Source of the DNA: Tubiluchus corallicola
Lineage: Eukaryota > Animalia > Priapulida
Direction: 5' to 3'
Assembly (NCBI GenBank): GCA_030141605.1
Contig: JAQGDQ010000071.1
Span: 599,605 to 663,604, forward strand
DNA: 64,000 nucleotides
Every line of letters starts with the position of its first letter. The first letter of the stretch is position 1. Both the position numbers and the translations under genes were made by a program. The notes beneath the pieces were generated by a model, which was not told the origin of the DNA, did no database searches, and saw nothing but the letters and a program-made list of their open reading frames with translations. Positions 50,324 to 64,000 of the stretch are shown here, one piece after another.

Positions 50324-52125
50324 TACTGCATATATCCTCCTGTTTTATACACTCAAGACATCACTTTCGTTCGCAAAACGTAGTCCTCTACTCATAAATG
50401 CTATCTCCTCCTCATACATAATGTAATAAATGGCACACGCACATGTTATGTGAATTTCGACTGTGTGCAAAGCTGAGAGGGCGATCGTTATTCCGCAAAA
50501 GTACAGCTTCCCCGGAGCAGCGTATCTGTCAGTATCTCCACTCGGTCGTTATGGCTTAATGGCTTCCCATTTGTTTCTCTATGGTCCCAGTGGGCCCTGA
50601 AAACCACTCTCAATTTGGAAAAAGCTCGAAAACTCTTTTAATAAAACATCCAGCCATTGTCTTCAACCCGGGCAGTCGCCATATGTCGTCCCCCTGGTGT
50701 GCAATGCGCATTCTTAATAGGGAATATCGTTCTCAAGCATTATGACATTAAACTGTCGTACCTCATTGGAAATACTGCAGTTTGCCTTTTTCAGTCAGTG
50801 CGACGCTTGTAACAGTTGTCAAAATATTGATATTCGTGTAACTACAGCCTGTACTAAGTGCCACTAATTGAACTTTTATTGGTCGCATTAATGACTATAA
50901 TCCGGGGTTTTCATTAGTGAACAATGAATAGGTCTCCCATTACCATGTCGTTATCACTAATGCTGTGTGGTGATGCTGCTAAACGGCGCTGGCTTCCCCA
51001 GCCTTGTTTACATATAATGTCAGCCGAAACTTCCAACTTTCTGATTTAGTAAACTGCATGCAAAATTTTTAATATCCTCGATGCCGGGATGTTTGCTGGA
51101 TTTATATTGTAGCGAGTTTAGTTTATTGTTAATTTCTTCCATGTAAGACTCTTCTGTTTTCTTGAATTTTGTGAAATTCTGTGTTTTACATTCGAAGGCC
51201 TGTGGGAGTCTGGAATTGCAGAAATGTAGATTTTTCCGGAGTCGTGAAAACTCGTAAGCGCATTATTTTCCGCTTTTCCAAAAATCATAAATTGCCGTAG
51301 GGATATAGAAAAGAATTTTTCTTGACGTGACTTAAAGTTTTCTAAACCTGTTTGAAACAAATACGGGTATCATGTAATGTTTTTATCACATTTGTTCAGT
51401 ATAGATAACTAGGTAAATCTCCAAATTCTGACAGCTACATCCAACAGTACCAAAATCATGCAAATGTTTAAATTTTATAAGACCCTAATAAACACAAACA
51501 TTTCACTTTTACAATGACCGCCCGACATTTCTGCTTTTACGACCTTTTTGCGGGCTCTCAGCCGTTCATATACGCCCACACGTCCTCTAGTTTTGAATTA
51601 GGTGGTATTCACATTTATTCAGCATTTCTACTTGCACTCACACTATTAGTAGAGGTAAAATCCAGTGTTTAATGAAGACCAAATCTTACACGCAATACTA
51701 AGCATACGTACTTAAGTTTATACAATAGACCGGTGGGATTGACGTATGATTGAACGTGGTCTCTGTTGTGGTGGTATGTAATTCCACCTCTGGACTAACA
51801 TTGTAAAATACATACTTTACTTATGTAAAGTGTATTCGAAATAAAATGATGTTAATAATAATAATAATACCGATGAAAATAAATTTGTGAACTTTCTTAG
51901 GATCTTTACGAAGGTTTTAACCCTTTCGGATAGCCATTCATTTGACATTAAAATGAAAATGATTTCTACTGTAGTATTGCGTGCCCGTTTCTAGGACCAA
52001 ATGGCGAGTACGGAAGAAAAGAAGTAACTGACTCTTTTAGCTCAGAATATTTTTTGAATTATTATCATCTTATACGAGATACAGATTTGTAATGCAACAA
52101 TTTTTTCTAAAAATTTTGTCATAAC

Positions 52126-52305
52126 GCTCTCTCTCTCTCTCTCTCGCTCTCTCTCTCTCTCTCCTCTCCTCTCCTCTCCCCTCCCCTCCCCTCTCCTCTC
52201 CTCTCCTCTCCTCTCCTCTCCTCTCCTCTCCCCTCCCCTCCCCTCCCCTCCCCTCCCCCTTCTCTCTCTCACTCTATCTATCTCTCTTTGTCTCTCTCTC
52301 CCTCT
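52126..52305. repeat. (CT)n/(CTCCT)n polypyrimidine microsatellite
   Basis: Read directly. Confidence 0.97.
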
Positions 52306-54634
52306 TGCTCGCTTCCTTTTTCCCCTTGTTCCTGAATTTCGTTTTCACTTTGCTCTTCCCATCTTCCTCATATTTTCAGCAGTTATAGGAAACAATAAAC
52401 TTGCGACATTAACGCTCTTTGCCTGCAACGCTGATTGCGTGCGTTGACGAGTCTATTTTATTTGGACAACATGCTGTATTGTCTGGCAGCTTCATCAGTT
52501 TATACCACAAAGTAATGCTCGTGTGTTTGCTGTGTAAATTCGTACTGACACAAACATAAAGGCAGCGAATAACATTATGAAGGCTAGGTGTCGTTTTCCT
52601 GAATCCATTTCCAACTTTGAATGTTTGAGCCGATAACGATAAAGCCGTCTCACCAAGCTATTGACGCAGGCTATTGAATTTCACGATGCGCCACATCCAA
52701 AACTTCGAGAAATGGGTGGAGTTCCTTAGTAAATTCCCGTAAAATTTAATCTTCTGAACGAACGGATTGCCGTAGATTCTTTCGGATGTAGTAGGAACTT
52801 CTGTTAACCCTTTATCTCTGTCACTGCTTCGTCTGTTGTATTACTGCTGCATTGCTGTGCAGCAGTGCTGTTTTTTGGCTTTCTTGCTACATTTGTGTAC
52901 GCAACTTTCAAATGTAATGAACAAGAATACAAATTTTGAGGACTTCCTCGAGCGTGAGATCATAAAGCAAATTAGAAAACGTCTTTGCTCCGGAGATTAC
53001 TAATGGATGCAACTTTGTTATTCAATTCGACATTCTACAAGCAAGTATTCAGTGGTACAGCTAACTTCATGTGGATTATTGGCGAAAACTTCGCTCATTT
53101 GCTACGGCTCGTGCTCCTACAAGATGAGAGATTGTTCCAGCAGAAGTGTCTCAACGACACATGGATGTGAATAAAAATCCTTCAGCGAGGTAAAGACTAA
53201 AGAGCCACCCAGGAGTATTGAATCCAGACTGTCACAAGCACTTCAGTGACGAAGTGGCTTAAACTTTGGTCGCGAGGAATACGTACGTGACCACTAGCTA
53301 TTCACCTGCCTTCGTCGACAACACGTCTTATCGTTGTTGCCGTAAATTTGCGTTACATCAGACATTTACCATGTCTCCGTTGCCATTTCTGTTCACCCTC
53401 TTTTTATGTTTTTAAAATTTGATGAGTGAACAAAACATTTTCACATAACTTCGTGACCGGATCAATCTGTTATGTTTGAATAAATAATATAAGCAAATAA
53501 ATAAAACGATACAATTGTATATGATCAATTTAGACTAGTTGTTTTTGGTCCAGTAGCCGTTTTTGGTTGTTTCTCTAACTAGCTGGATATAATAAAGAAT
53601 TTGTTTCAGGTGTTATAGTTTCGATGATGTGAAACCGATATTAACCTAACAGAAACTAATTACATGTAAATAAATAACGTTGCCTGCCATTATGGATGTT
53701 GCGCAAGATCAAAAATGTCTCATTAGTACTAGTACTTACCATAAAAATGTCCGCGATTTTCCTTGTGTTATTAGCTGAAAGGGCCTGAACATTATAATAA
53801 AGTTTAGCTTAAATTAAATAAAATATTGCCAAAGACAGTTGACACACACTGGCGATGTGTACATGTATCATGCTTTATGGGTTTCAATATAGCAACATTG
53901 AATGCCATTCGCGCGGATATTAAACTTGCGCTCATAAACAGAATGAATTACAGGGAAACGATTGAAGTCGTGTTTTAGCGCCAGCTTGTTGAAAAATATG
54001 ATCGATTAATTTTCGAAGAATTTTCCAGTTTTTCTGTGGGTTGCATAAACTAAAATATTACCGGTTCATGAGAAATCTTGTTAAGCTGCCACGGCGCGTA
54101 AATGCGTTGGCGAATAAATTCTCTTCCATTATGGAAGAAAAGTACACTTGAAGGTTCCCAGTTTCTGGATTTTCATGCATAGTTTCTGCAATCATTTATT
54201 TGTGATCTTATATTTGGGCTCAAATGTACTAGCAGAATTGCAAGCTGTTCAATGCTCATAATTGCTCATACACACACATACGCACAGTTATGTGTGTGTG
54301 TGTGTGTGCGTGTGCGTGCGTGTATATGTGCGTGCGTGTGTAGCTGCGGTTGCTAGTAAAGAGGCGAATATCTGACTACTTGCCTTTTCATCTTGACATT
54401 TAGTGGAAAAACCTGATTGGATTTATATTGTCATCGTAATAATTCTTTGACACAATCGGCCCGATTTGTTCAGCTGCATTTGCGCATACTATCTAGGATC
54501 ATAGTAGAGTTAAGACGCTGTTAGCGTATTTTAAACTGGGAGTTGAACTAACTAGAATTGAACTTGTGTCGGCATCCAGTTACAGTATCTAGTAAGAAAT
54601 AGAGAAATAAATTTATTTTCTTGTTCTTTTGCAG

Positions 54635-54780
54635 GCAAAATCAAATACTCGGAGAGGGTTTACGACGCGTGTATGGAAGCATTCGATTGTTTACCTCTAG
54701 CAGCGATAATGAACCAACAATTTCTGTGTGTTCACGGTGGCCTTTCTCCCGAAATACATACACTAGATGATATAAGAAAG
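54635..54780 (+). CDS. PPP3CA: Calcineurin A exon 5
   Basis: [49 protein letters not shown]; 146 nt; not shown on this strand in the ORF track. Confidence 0.98.
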
Positions 54781-54896
54781 GTATCACTAATGAAAAGTTT
54801 AAAATTTTGCATGCATATATAATTTGCTGGCAAACAATGTTATTCAAATCATGCTATATAAATAATGTACATGCACGTATGTTGTGGCAATATACA

Positions 54897-55275
54897 TAGG
54901 GTTCCCTTGGTCAGGGAAAATCCTTGAAAATGCAGGCTATCCTGTAAAGTAATGGAAAAGTCGGGGAAAATGATGAAAATTGGGCGAAAGTCAGGGAAGT
55001 TGGAAAGGATTGCAAAAATAATCATCGTGAATCGATATTTTTCCAAACATATTTTTCAGCTATTCATGTTCAAATAAACGATTTCTATTCCAAAAGTAAT
55101 GATTGACCGACACATTATATCAATTTATGTATGAATGTCCATACATAAAAATGTTTGAATATGTATACTGGTAATCCAATTTCTGCTTATCTTGATCTTA
55201 GAAAATCAATATTTGGTAAGGGAAAGGTCATGGAAAAGTCAGCGAAATTTATTTTAAAATTCTGTGGGAACCCTG
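54897..55275. mobile_element. hAT-type MITE
   Basis: TIRs TAGGGTTCCC / GGGAACCCTG; subterminal GTCA(G/T)GGAAA repeats; degenerate 8-bp TSD aatataca / ttaataca. Confidence 0.8.
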
Positions 55276-56028
55276 TTAATACACTGGATGTTATAAGAAA
55301 GGTATCACGATTTTAAAAGCATAAAATTTGACATGCATAAGTAATTTCTCGGGTACATATGGCTTACGAGATTAATGTTATACTGCTCCTGCAAATAATA
55401 CTATATGCAAATCATACTATGGTATGCGTGCATGCAATATTGTGACAAATTTCCCCATAGGCCAGATACACACAAGAAAATTTTGTAATACGTTTTTATA
55501 GGTTCTCTGGAATGAGCCTATATTGTAAGTGTAATGTTGCAGACATATTGCACTATTCTGTAAAAATATTTGCTCGTTATTTGTGCGCGATGCATAAACA
55601 CTTATCATTTATTTAATCAAAATTGATGATTAAAGCTATAACTGCTGATCTTTTATTACTTGCTGTTTGTGGCATTACAATGGATAAACGTAGTTGTGAG
55701 GTGTTTTTACAAAAAAACCTTTGCAACCTTTCCTTAGAAAAATAAACCTCACTTAGCACACCCTCCTCTTAATTTTACATCTTTTTGAATGGCGTACCTA
55801 GCAACCGCCTGCTGATTTCTCTGCTCTGATTACCTGGGTGGAAGTGCATTAACTCACCTGTAACTTACACCTGTATTGCCCTGGATATTGATGTTGGGGA
55901 ATTCCGCGGCAACACATTCTCTTTAGCCGTGTAAATCTTATGTGATCAAAAAACCATTCCGTGTATTTGTAGTAGGGTTGTAAACTTGCTGTAAACTACA
56001 ATCCAGTCTATCCACTCCTAATAAATAG

Positions 56029-56535
<507 letters not shown>

Positions 56536-58471
56536 CTGTGTCTGTGTCTAACCGCATATCTGTCGCTCTTTCTGTCTCCTGTTTAATTTTCTATCTCATT
56601 TCAAATCTACGTATTTCAGATTATCAGAAGTTATTTTGCGTTTCGCTTTTCAATGCGGTATGCACGTCGAATTATTTTCTTGCTGTCTTTCAAGCTTTTA
56701 ATTTTCCTATTTTTAAAGGCTATTTTGCTTGAAAAAATGCACAGGATCTAAGCTTTAGTTGTTAAGCTTTGGTAAGACAAATTGTCGTACTTCTGTAAAT
56801 TAGTTGAAGTACATTAGGCCTAGTGTGCTTTGGGAATTCGAGTATGCAGAATGTTGTAAGACCTGTGTAGAAGGATGAATGATTCATAATTGCATATGGG
56901 AAATTGGGACCACAAAGCATTAAGAACTGTTGTCGTAGAAGCTGACGAACCGTTGCCCTTGAAGGGCCTTTCTGTTTCTGAATTCCCCATGCAGTGAAGT
57001 TCCAAGGTCCTGTGGCTTCCAACACTACTACACAGCATTCGTTTGCTGAACAGATTAAACCATGTTATGTTAGGTAGTTTGCTTCAATAAGCTGCTTTAG
57101 TGTCCAACTGGATTGGCTCAACTAACTGAGCTAAGCCATGTACAAGTATGTACATTTGCTGGAAACTTAATACTTTTGAAATAGAGGTTTCTACATGTTT
57201 ACCTTGGCGTAGTCTGTCATTGACTTTACTTATTAGGCATAAATGGCATCCGCTGCAGTAGCATGCCTCTGAAATAACTTCATTAAATAATCGCTGTTAT
57301 GGTTTATATTTCTCATCATGTAGTTTCCAACCTAGAGCGCATGATTGTTTTAAGTTAGGTTTTTACAGGTAGCCTTAATTAAATTCAGAGCAAGAGATAG
57401 TAAGATTGTAGCGTTAACTTCTTTAATCTTGCAAAAGTGCACGAGCACACCATTGGTTAGCAATTAAAATAAGTACTGCAGATAGTTCAGTAAGACTTAA
57501 TCTTTAACTAAATTTTATACTCTCACCGCCAGTTCCTGAAATAGTAGATGATTGTTGTAAACTGAAAACCCTTGTTTCAGTTGCTTTGTTTAAACGAATG
57601 CTTGTCTAATTTCTCGAAAAATAGGGAGTCTGGGCCCTCCATCTTATTTTGCACTGTGAAATCTAACTACTGTGTATACACGTATTAACTCTCCAGGTAT
57701 AAAATATTTGCACTTGTGTATTTTGGAGTTACATGTAAGGCGCGATGTTCTCAACAACGACCGAACTATTTACGCGTCAAACGAACGGTGATTTTTCCCT
57801 TTTTTCCGCAAAAGTCATAGAACGGAAATGTAAAGAACCGGACTGTTAGAGTTCTAGACATTACTGTAAAGAAAATTCAACGTAGGTGTTAACAGACAGA
57901 ATTTTGTTTCCTGGGTGGCTACACTTTCTCGCAGTGGGTATTTTCCCGGATAGAATCCAAGCAAATTTTGTAAAAATGTTGCAAACAATTTCCTGAAAAA
58001 ATCGATTTGTGCAACTACGAGGTCGCCCCGAAAAAATAAACACATTATTAGAAAGAGAAAGACCGATTGCAGTGTTTGAGTGTTTCGTGTAAGATAATGT
58101 TCACTGAACGAAAGGGAAGGGTGTACATATTTTGAAATTCTTTTAACATGTGAGTATATTTTGTTGGGCGGCTTTCGCGAAGTCATAGAATTTAACAAAG
58201 TTGAGAATGAGAGACACCTGGTTTAGCGTTTTTATGAAACTCGTGTTTATTGCACGGCGCCAACTAAAGTCGCAATTGGACTAGAAAGAAATTTGTAGCA
58301 ATGCATTGACGATTGATCTTTCTCTTCCTTTTATATTAGTGAAAAAAAAGTCAAATGTGTGTCAGGCTGTCGTTAGACGTTGTCCAAGCGTTGTCAGCCT
58401 AGGTGTTAAACTTTTTTGTTTGATTAACACGTGAGATTGAGGGGGTCTTGAAAGTAATAATCTTAATTATT

Positions 58472-58705
58472 ACCGGGTGGCGTAGTTCAGTGGTATCGTG
58501 CTCACTTCTCACTCGCGAGGTCGCGGGTTCAACTTCCGATCGAGTCATACCAAAGACTTAGAATATGGTATCGCTGGTTCTTCAGCCAAGCACACGGGTT
58601 TATCGAAATTACGTGCGGTTATTATTGATTGGGACCACCTTGGAAATAAGTATTATTTAAGTGTTACCTAAGGTGTTTTCTCTGGATTATATCATATAAA
58701 GTTAT
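58472..58705 (+). mobile_element. tRNA-derived SINE with Meta/MESC-like central domain
   Basis: A box TAGTTCAGTGG (58483-58493), B box GGTTCAACTTCC (58526-58537), then CGAGTCATACCAAAGACTTAGAATATGGTA...AAGCAC and a LINE-like tail GGACCACCTTGGAAATAAG. Confidence 0.8.
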
Positions 58706-61167
58706 CCTACAAGTGTAATCCATGTCTGTGCAGCATTTGTGTACACTCCATCTCGTCCAAACTTGGCTGACTATTAGCTTTGCCAAACTTACCCAGGGAA
58801 AACAGAAAGACCACAAAACAGAAAAGGCAAACTACTTTCTGCTAGAGTAGACCATTGTTTACTCTGGAAGGAGAATTTTTTGGCTTCACATTCAGTTTGC
58901 TTTGCCTACTTTTCCCTCACTTCATTGTTTCTTCAGTTTTTTATTCATGCGTACTTTGTGAGTCTAGTAATAAGCAAAATTGTTGCCCTCACGCAGATCT
59001 AGGTCAGTCAACGTTAGCGATATTGGCATCCTTGATGGATATCGCTGCCCGGGAATAATGCTGATCGATATGTCGACCAATCGCAGGCGCTGATGGCCAG
59101 GAAAAATGGAGCAGCTAATCCTTTCGGATTAATTGCGGATTATGAGTAGATATTTTAGCGGCTGTTTGTGATTAGATCCCATTGGGCTGTTAATGTCTGT
59201 TGGATTAATTAGCGACACGTGCTTTTCTCAGTAATGAAAATGTGATCATTATTCGATTGCCTATATTTAGCACAATACACACAGTAAGCTCATTATTATT
59301 TCAAAGCCCAGCCTTGTCTAATTCACAGTGACGTCATAGCTGCTAATGTAAGTAATACATAGAACCCTCAGCACTGAGATGCTGATTTGCCAGTCTCCAT
59401 AGCATGCGAGACAAAGCTGATAACAGTAACCAAAAAAACGAGGTCTGATCTGTACCTGTGCTGGGTTGTTAAAACTTAATGCCGTGGCTTCTTGTTTGGT
59501 TCGTAGCACAAGTTTTTTACAAGATAGTACGAGATAGTTATCTGCGTTATCTTACAGGCTTTGTTTATAGCAAAATGTTTGAACTGTGAATTTACCAAAA
59601 TGTAATTTTTAAACTGTGTCTGAATTCCTGGCCAAACAAAAGTTGCAGTTTGGAATAAATCTAAGTTGTTATTTGAATTGAAAATGGTTTCCTAAAACTT
59701 TGAAGAAAATCCACGTTCGAGGACGTCAACGTTAAAATAATATTGAAATAAAGGCGTTAAGGAAAATTAAACAAGTTCCAAGTCTCTGGTTTTGTTTTGT
59801 TGATGTATTTAGTTTTCACAAATTAAGATGCTGACCAATTTTTATTGGTATTTCAACAAATTGCTGCGGCGTTAAGTGCAGTGCTGCCAGCATTGTTGTC
59901 AATTTATTTATTATGTGCACAAAATAAACAAAAATTTAGTTAATTTTGGTACAGTCTTGCCACTCCATTCTGTTTTAATTGTGCAAAAAACGTGTTTGGG
60001 ATAATACAACGTCTTCAGAAAAATTATAATGTAATTAGCCTTTGACAAGTGCTAGTGTTTTTGCCAAATAAAGCAAGATTACTTTTTTATATACATGTAC
60101 ATTTACTATAAATGTAAAGTGTAAAGGCAGTATTGAAATACACACAGATATAAGACAGCTGCAACACATAAAGAATTTGCAGTTAAGTTTCAAAAACTCG
60201 TTTATATAAAAATTTAAAAATCATTTGAATTAACCTATATGTAGTTATGTTATGTAGGCACGTTAACTACAGTGTTTTCAATATTCCTGTTGATCTTATG
60301 GGCTTTTTCAACTATTTATAGTGTATTCTATTGACACCTGTGGCCTATCCATTAATATCTAATGCTGACTCAGGCAATTCCCCTAGTGGCTTGGAAATCA
60401 ATACAGTTAAGCTAATACCTTGTTGGATAATTAAGTTAATCATAGTTATGCAATTGGCATATAATGCGTTGCTGCTAGATCTTGGAATAATAGCGGAGAG
60501 AAGGCAGATACCCTGGTGCTAAAGAAAGCATACATTAAAAATGTTTCCAAAGTATTTATTATGTAATCATTGCCACCATCATTTTCATTTTGTTATTATC
60601 ATTATTGTAAACATTGAACTGTATCACTATTATTGTTATTATTTTTATAAGCTAGGCATATAACTAAATAATCGCTATGATGTGTATCCACCAAGAAACC
60701 AGTCCTGATACCAGCCCCTGTTCTGATTAGACATCTCACCTTGGAGTATCTTTGCTATTAAGCTGGAGGATTATTTTTTGTATTAAACTAAATTTTAGTC
60801 CTGCCGCAATTGTCAGGTGTTGAATTTTAAACCTCAGCTTGCAGAGGGCTAAACTATTTAAAATTGTTGTTTCTTGAACGTTTGACTGATTTCAAAAGGA
60901 TTATTTTCTCTGCCAATGATTGTCTTCAAAAAGTGTGTAGGCTTTCTAATGTATATAATTTTTATTTTACTGTAAAAATACAGAAAATACATATCAGTTC
61001 TGGTCAAGTATGTGTATATGTATATGTTAGTCCAGTAAATACAAAAGTGGCCACCTTTGGATGTCCATGACTTGCAGTTCCATAAATGTACCCTGCCATT
61101 TGGATACTATGTATTCAGAGCAGATGCTTTAGTTAGCTATTTACACATTTTCATTTCTGTATTGCAG

Positions 61168-61307
61168 CTTGATAGATTCAAGGAGCCTCCAGCATTTGGG
61201 CCTATGTGTGATCTGCTGTGGTCTGACCCTCTAGAAGACTTTGGTAGTGAAAAGAATGCTGAGCACTTCAGTCACAATAGCGTGCGAGGTTGCTCATACT
61301 TCTATAG
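61168..61307 (+). CDS. PPP3CA: Calcineurin A exon 6
   Basis: [26 protein letters not shown]...[11 protein letters not shown]; 140 nt. Confidence 0.98.
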
Positions 61308-62245
61308 GTAACTACCGGAAGCTTACACTAGTTACTATTTATTAAATGGTAGCGTTACACTTTTTAAATTTTCTTGTGAGTTGTTAGTAGTGCTGGACTA
61401 AAAGCAAAGCTTACTTTTACTTCCATTGCCTCAATTCACATGTAAAGAATGCAAAAGTGTGAACTACACATAAATTCTTTAACAGATTCCAGACTTAAGG
61501 GGAATATTTTAGTTCTAGTATTTCACTTTTTAGGCTGTTGGATACTGCAGTTCACCTAAAAAAATATTTCGTTTGTACGTTATTTGTAAATTTCTAAACC
61601 AGATGTATAGAGAAAAATCTATGTTACGTCAAGATACCACTTGTGCTATCTGTGGATAGTTCAGATTCTGTCAGCTGTTTCTTTTCTCTTACACTACGTG
61701 TATTTTCTGAAGTTTCACTTTTTAATTAAGTGATTGTTCCAAAATTTCAAAATCTGGGGAGAGCTCTTCCTCTTAAATGTTTAAATGATTTGTGAATTTG
61801 AAATCGTAGTCTAGCACCAGCAATTTGCTTATTGTAGTCAAGACATGCATTCTTATTATAATATAATAAATGTTATATTTGTTACGACATCTTATTATAA
61901 TATAATAATGCATTTGCCTGAAAGGCAATACTTGCCACAGAATTTAATTACATACTGGTAGTATATTGTTATTGGGTTTTACATGTCTGGAGTTGGGTAA
62001 CTAAATTTTTCCTAGTACATAAAGACACAAATACTTGTTATGGATAGAGTCAGAAAAATTTAAATAAATCAAAATGAGCAGTAAATGAGGGAGATCTTGG
62101 AAAAAAGATGGTCACCAAATTTCTCAGTCTAGAAAAAATTGTGAATCACATATTCCGGTTTAGGATGTTTATAGTTGTTAAAAGCCTTTAATGGCGTCTC
62201 TCTTACAGAATTGCTATTAATTAGTTTACTTTGATTTGTTCACAG

Positions 62246-62323
62246 CTATGCAGCGTGTTGTGATTTCTTGGCACAAAATAACCTGCTCTCAATAATCAGG
62301 GCTCACGAAGCTCAGGATGCGGG
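62246..62323 (+). CDS. PPP3CA: Calcineurin A exon 7
   Basis: [26 protein letters not shown]: RAHE motif; 78 nt; GG|gtaagt. Confidence 0.97.
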
Positions 62324-62640
62324 GTAAGTTAAATTGTCCTGTATTTACAGAGTAAGATAGGATTGCATGGAACTGAATGTATGCTGAGCTACCACTTATG
62401 TGGAGCCATACATTTAACCATTTTCATTTGTATGAGTTACTCCCATCTCCTAATTTTTATTGGGGGTTCACTGTTCACTCTCTTTGTTCACACATTTCAT
62501 CCCTGCTGTGCATATGGTAAGAATCATACATTAAATTAATGCATAATTGTACATAGAATGAGAAACATACTTTAATAATATATACTTGTTATTAGTTGCT
62601 AATAACTGTATCACACATTTTTTCTGCTTTCCACACTTAA

Positions 62641-63195
62641 AGGAAAACCGGATGATTGTTTATACTCAATCTCATTTTAATTTACTGTCCAAAATATACG
62701 TGTTCTTGCCTATAAAAGTTAGCAATTGTTTCTTATATTTGAATAATTAGCTTAGAAAGTTAACTAATGGCAACCGAACACAGCTATTGTTTACACCAGA
62801 AACTAACCACAGTTTGTGCAATAACAGGCATCTTCCCTTGCGCGTCAAGCGTGTTTGCGTAAGTTTTACAGTACTGCTTAAACATGTGATGTCACGAAAA
62901 TGAGCTCTATGCCACATGACGTCAGAAACTAACACAGCAGTTCATGATCGTGGTTATCTCGGTGCCGCCTTCTATTTGTCGGCCATGCGCTTGTGACAAA
63001 AAGGCGCCATTGCCAATCTTGTATCTTAGTAGATTCACTGAGCCGCGCGTAGCTTTGAAAGTTCAACAAAATTTGAGAATCTGAGGTAATTATTATTTAA
63101 TCTAAGCTTTGATTCAAAAAAAGCTATTGTAGTTTTCAATATTTTAGAGCATTCTTTATTCAGAACTAATGTTTACACAATCGTCCGGTTTTCTT
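62641..63195. mobile_element. Kolobok/T2-type MITE, copy 2
   Basis: TTAA|AGGAAAACCGGATGATTG ... CAATCGTCCGGTTTTCTT|TTAA; same family as 2834-3368. Confidence 0.9.
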
Positions 63196-63895
63196 TTAAC
63201 ATTATGGCACCCTAAATGGGAATGATTATACACACGTCATAAAGTTATGAAGGAAACTTGTCAGGAGCTTTGCTTTCTCAACCCACATTATGTTTTGCTG
63301 AGTTAAATTTGCTATACACAAAATTTTTAACTTCTTTATAACAAGAACAATATATGTTTCATAAACATCCCACAATATAGTAAATTTCATTCAATTTTTA
63401 TTAGAAGAATTCAATGTTTCCACTGCACACTAGCAGTCATTGTCAGGAAATATAGACTGATTTAAAAACCCTTCTGTTACATTTTACTAATTATTCAGCT
63501 CACTGACATTGTTTACATTTGGAATCTTAAATGTTTTTTACATTAATTCCTACGGTAAATCCTATAAACGATCATCATAAAAACATGTTGAGACATTTTG
63601 TTCTCCAGTGTCGATAAGCAAATGGTAAGTAAAATGGACAAACAACACCGTAGGTCTGCGACTGCAGCTTAACTCATTGGTCAGTTTCTACTTTTGTAGC
63701 AGTAACAGCATTGTGACGTCAGAAGATAAAAACTATCACGATTTATTGATTACATATTTTCACCACGCGTGTTTATTGTCTTATGCCGTTCAGTCATTCT
63801 GCTTTCGGATTAGGACCATATTTTATTCGTTAAATTTAGCTCACTTTTATCAGCCGTTTTTCAGTTTCCTTAAGAGAAATGAGCTGAAGCATTAG

Positions 63896-64000
<105 letters not shown>

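Noticed and set aside
53205-53311. Possible second tRNA-SINE head on the minus strand
   Set aside because: Only weak A-box and B-box resemblance with atypical spacing; cannot support
58472-58545. tRNA gene
   Set aside because: A and B boxes are present but I cannot fold a convincing cloverleaf, there is no poly-T terminator, and it continues into a SINE core and tail

Overview
AT-rich, intron-rich animal (invertebrate-type) genomic DNA, not prokaryotic; most ORFs in the supplied track are intronic noise. By translating by hand and phase-checking splice junctions I reconstruct four spliced genes in two head-to-head pairs. (1) The 5' part of an MTA1-like NuRD subunit (minus strand, 4 coding exons, 473-4809, runs off the window), with a GC-AG first coding intron. 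(2) A complete, uncharacterised 307-aa gene (plus, 6 exons, 5619-10146): acidic disordered N-terminus with an FFAT-like motif, one hydrophobic helix, then an SRPBCC/START-like (polyketide cyclase-like) domain. (3) A complete PBLD/PhzF-family isomerase (minus, 6 exons, 13594-21353, 296 aa). (4) Exons 1-8 of the calcineurin A catalytic subunit (plus, 21835 to beyond the window end). Introns carry many transposon relics: Kolobok-, hAT- and Tc1/mariner-type MITEs, CR1/L2/RTE LINE fragments, a Meta/MESC-type tRNA SINE and Helitron-like pieces, plus a ~54-bp minisatellite and long microsatellites. The best novelty candidate is the membrane-anchored SRPBCC protein. Family assignments come from remembered motifs; no database search was run.
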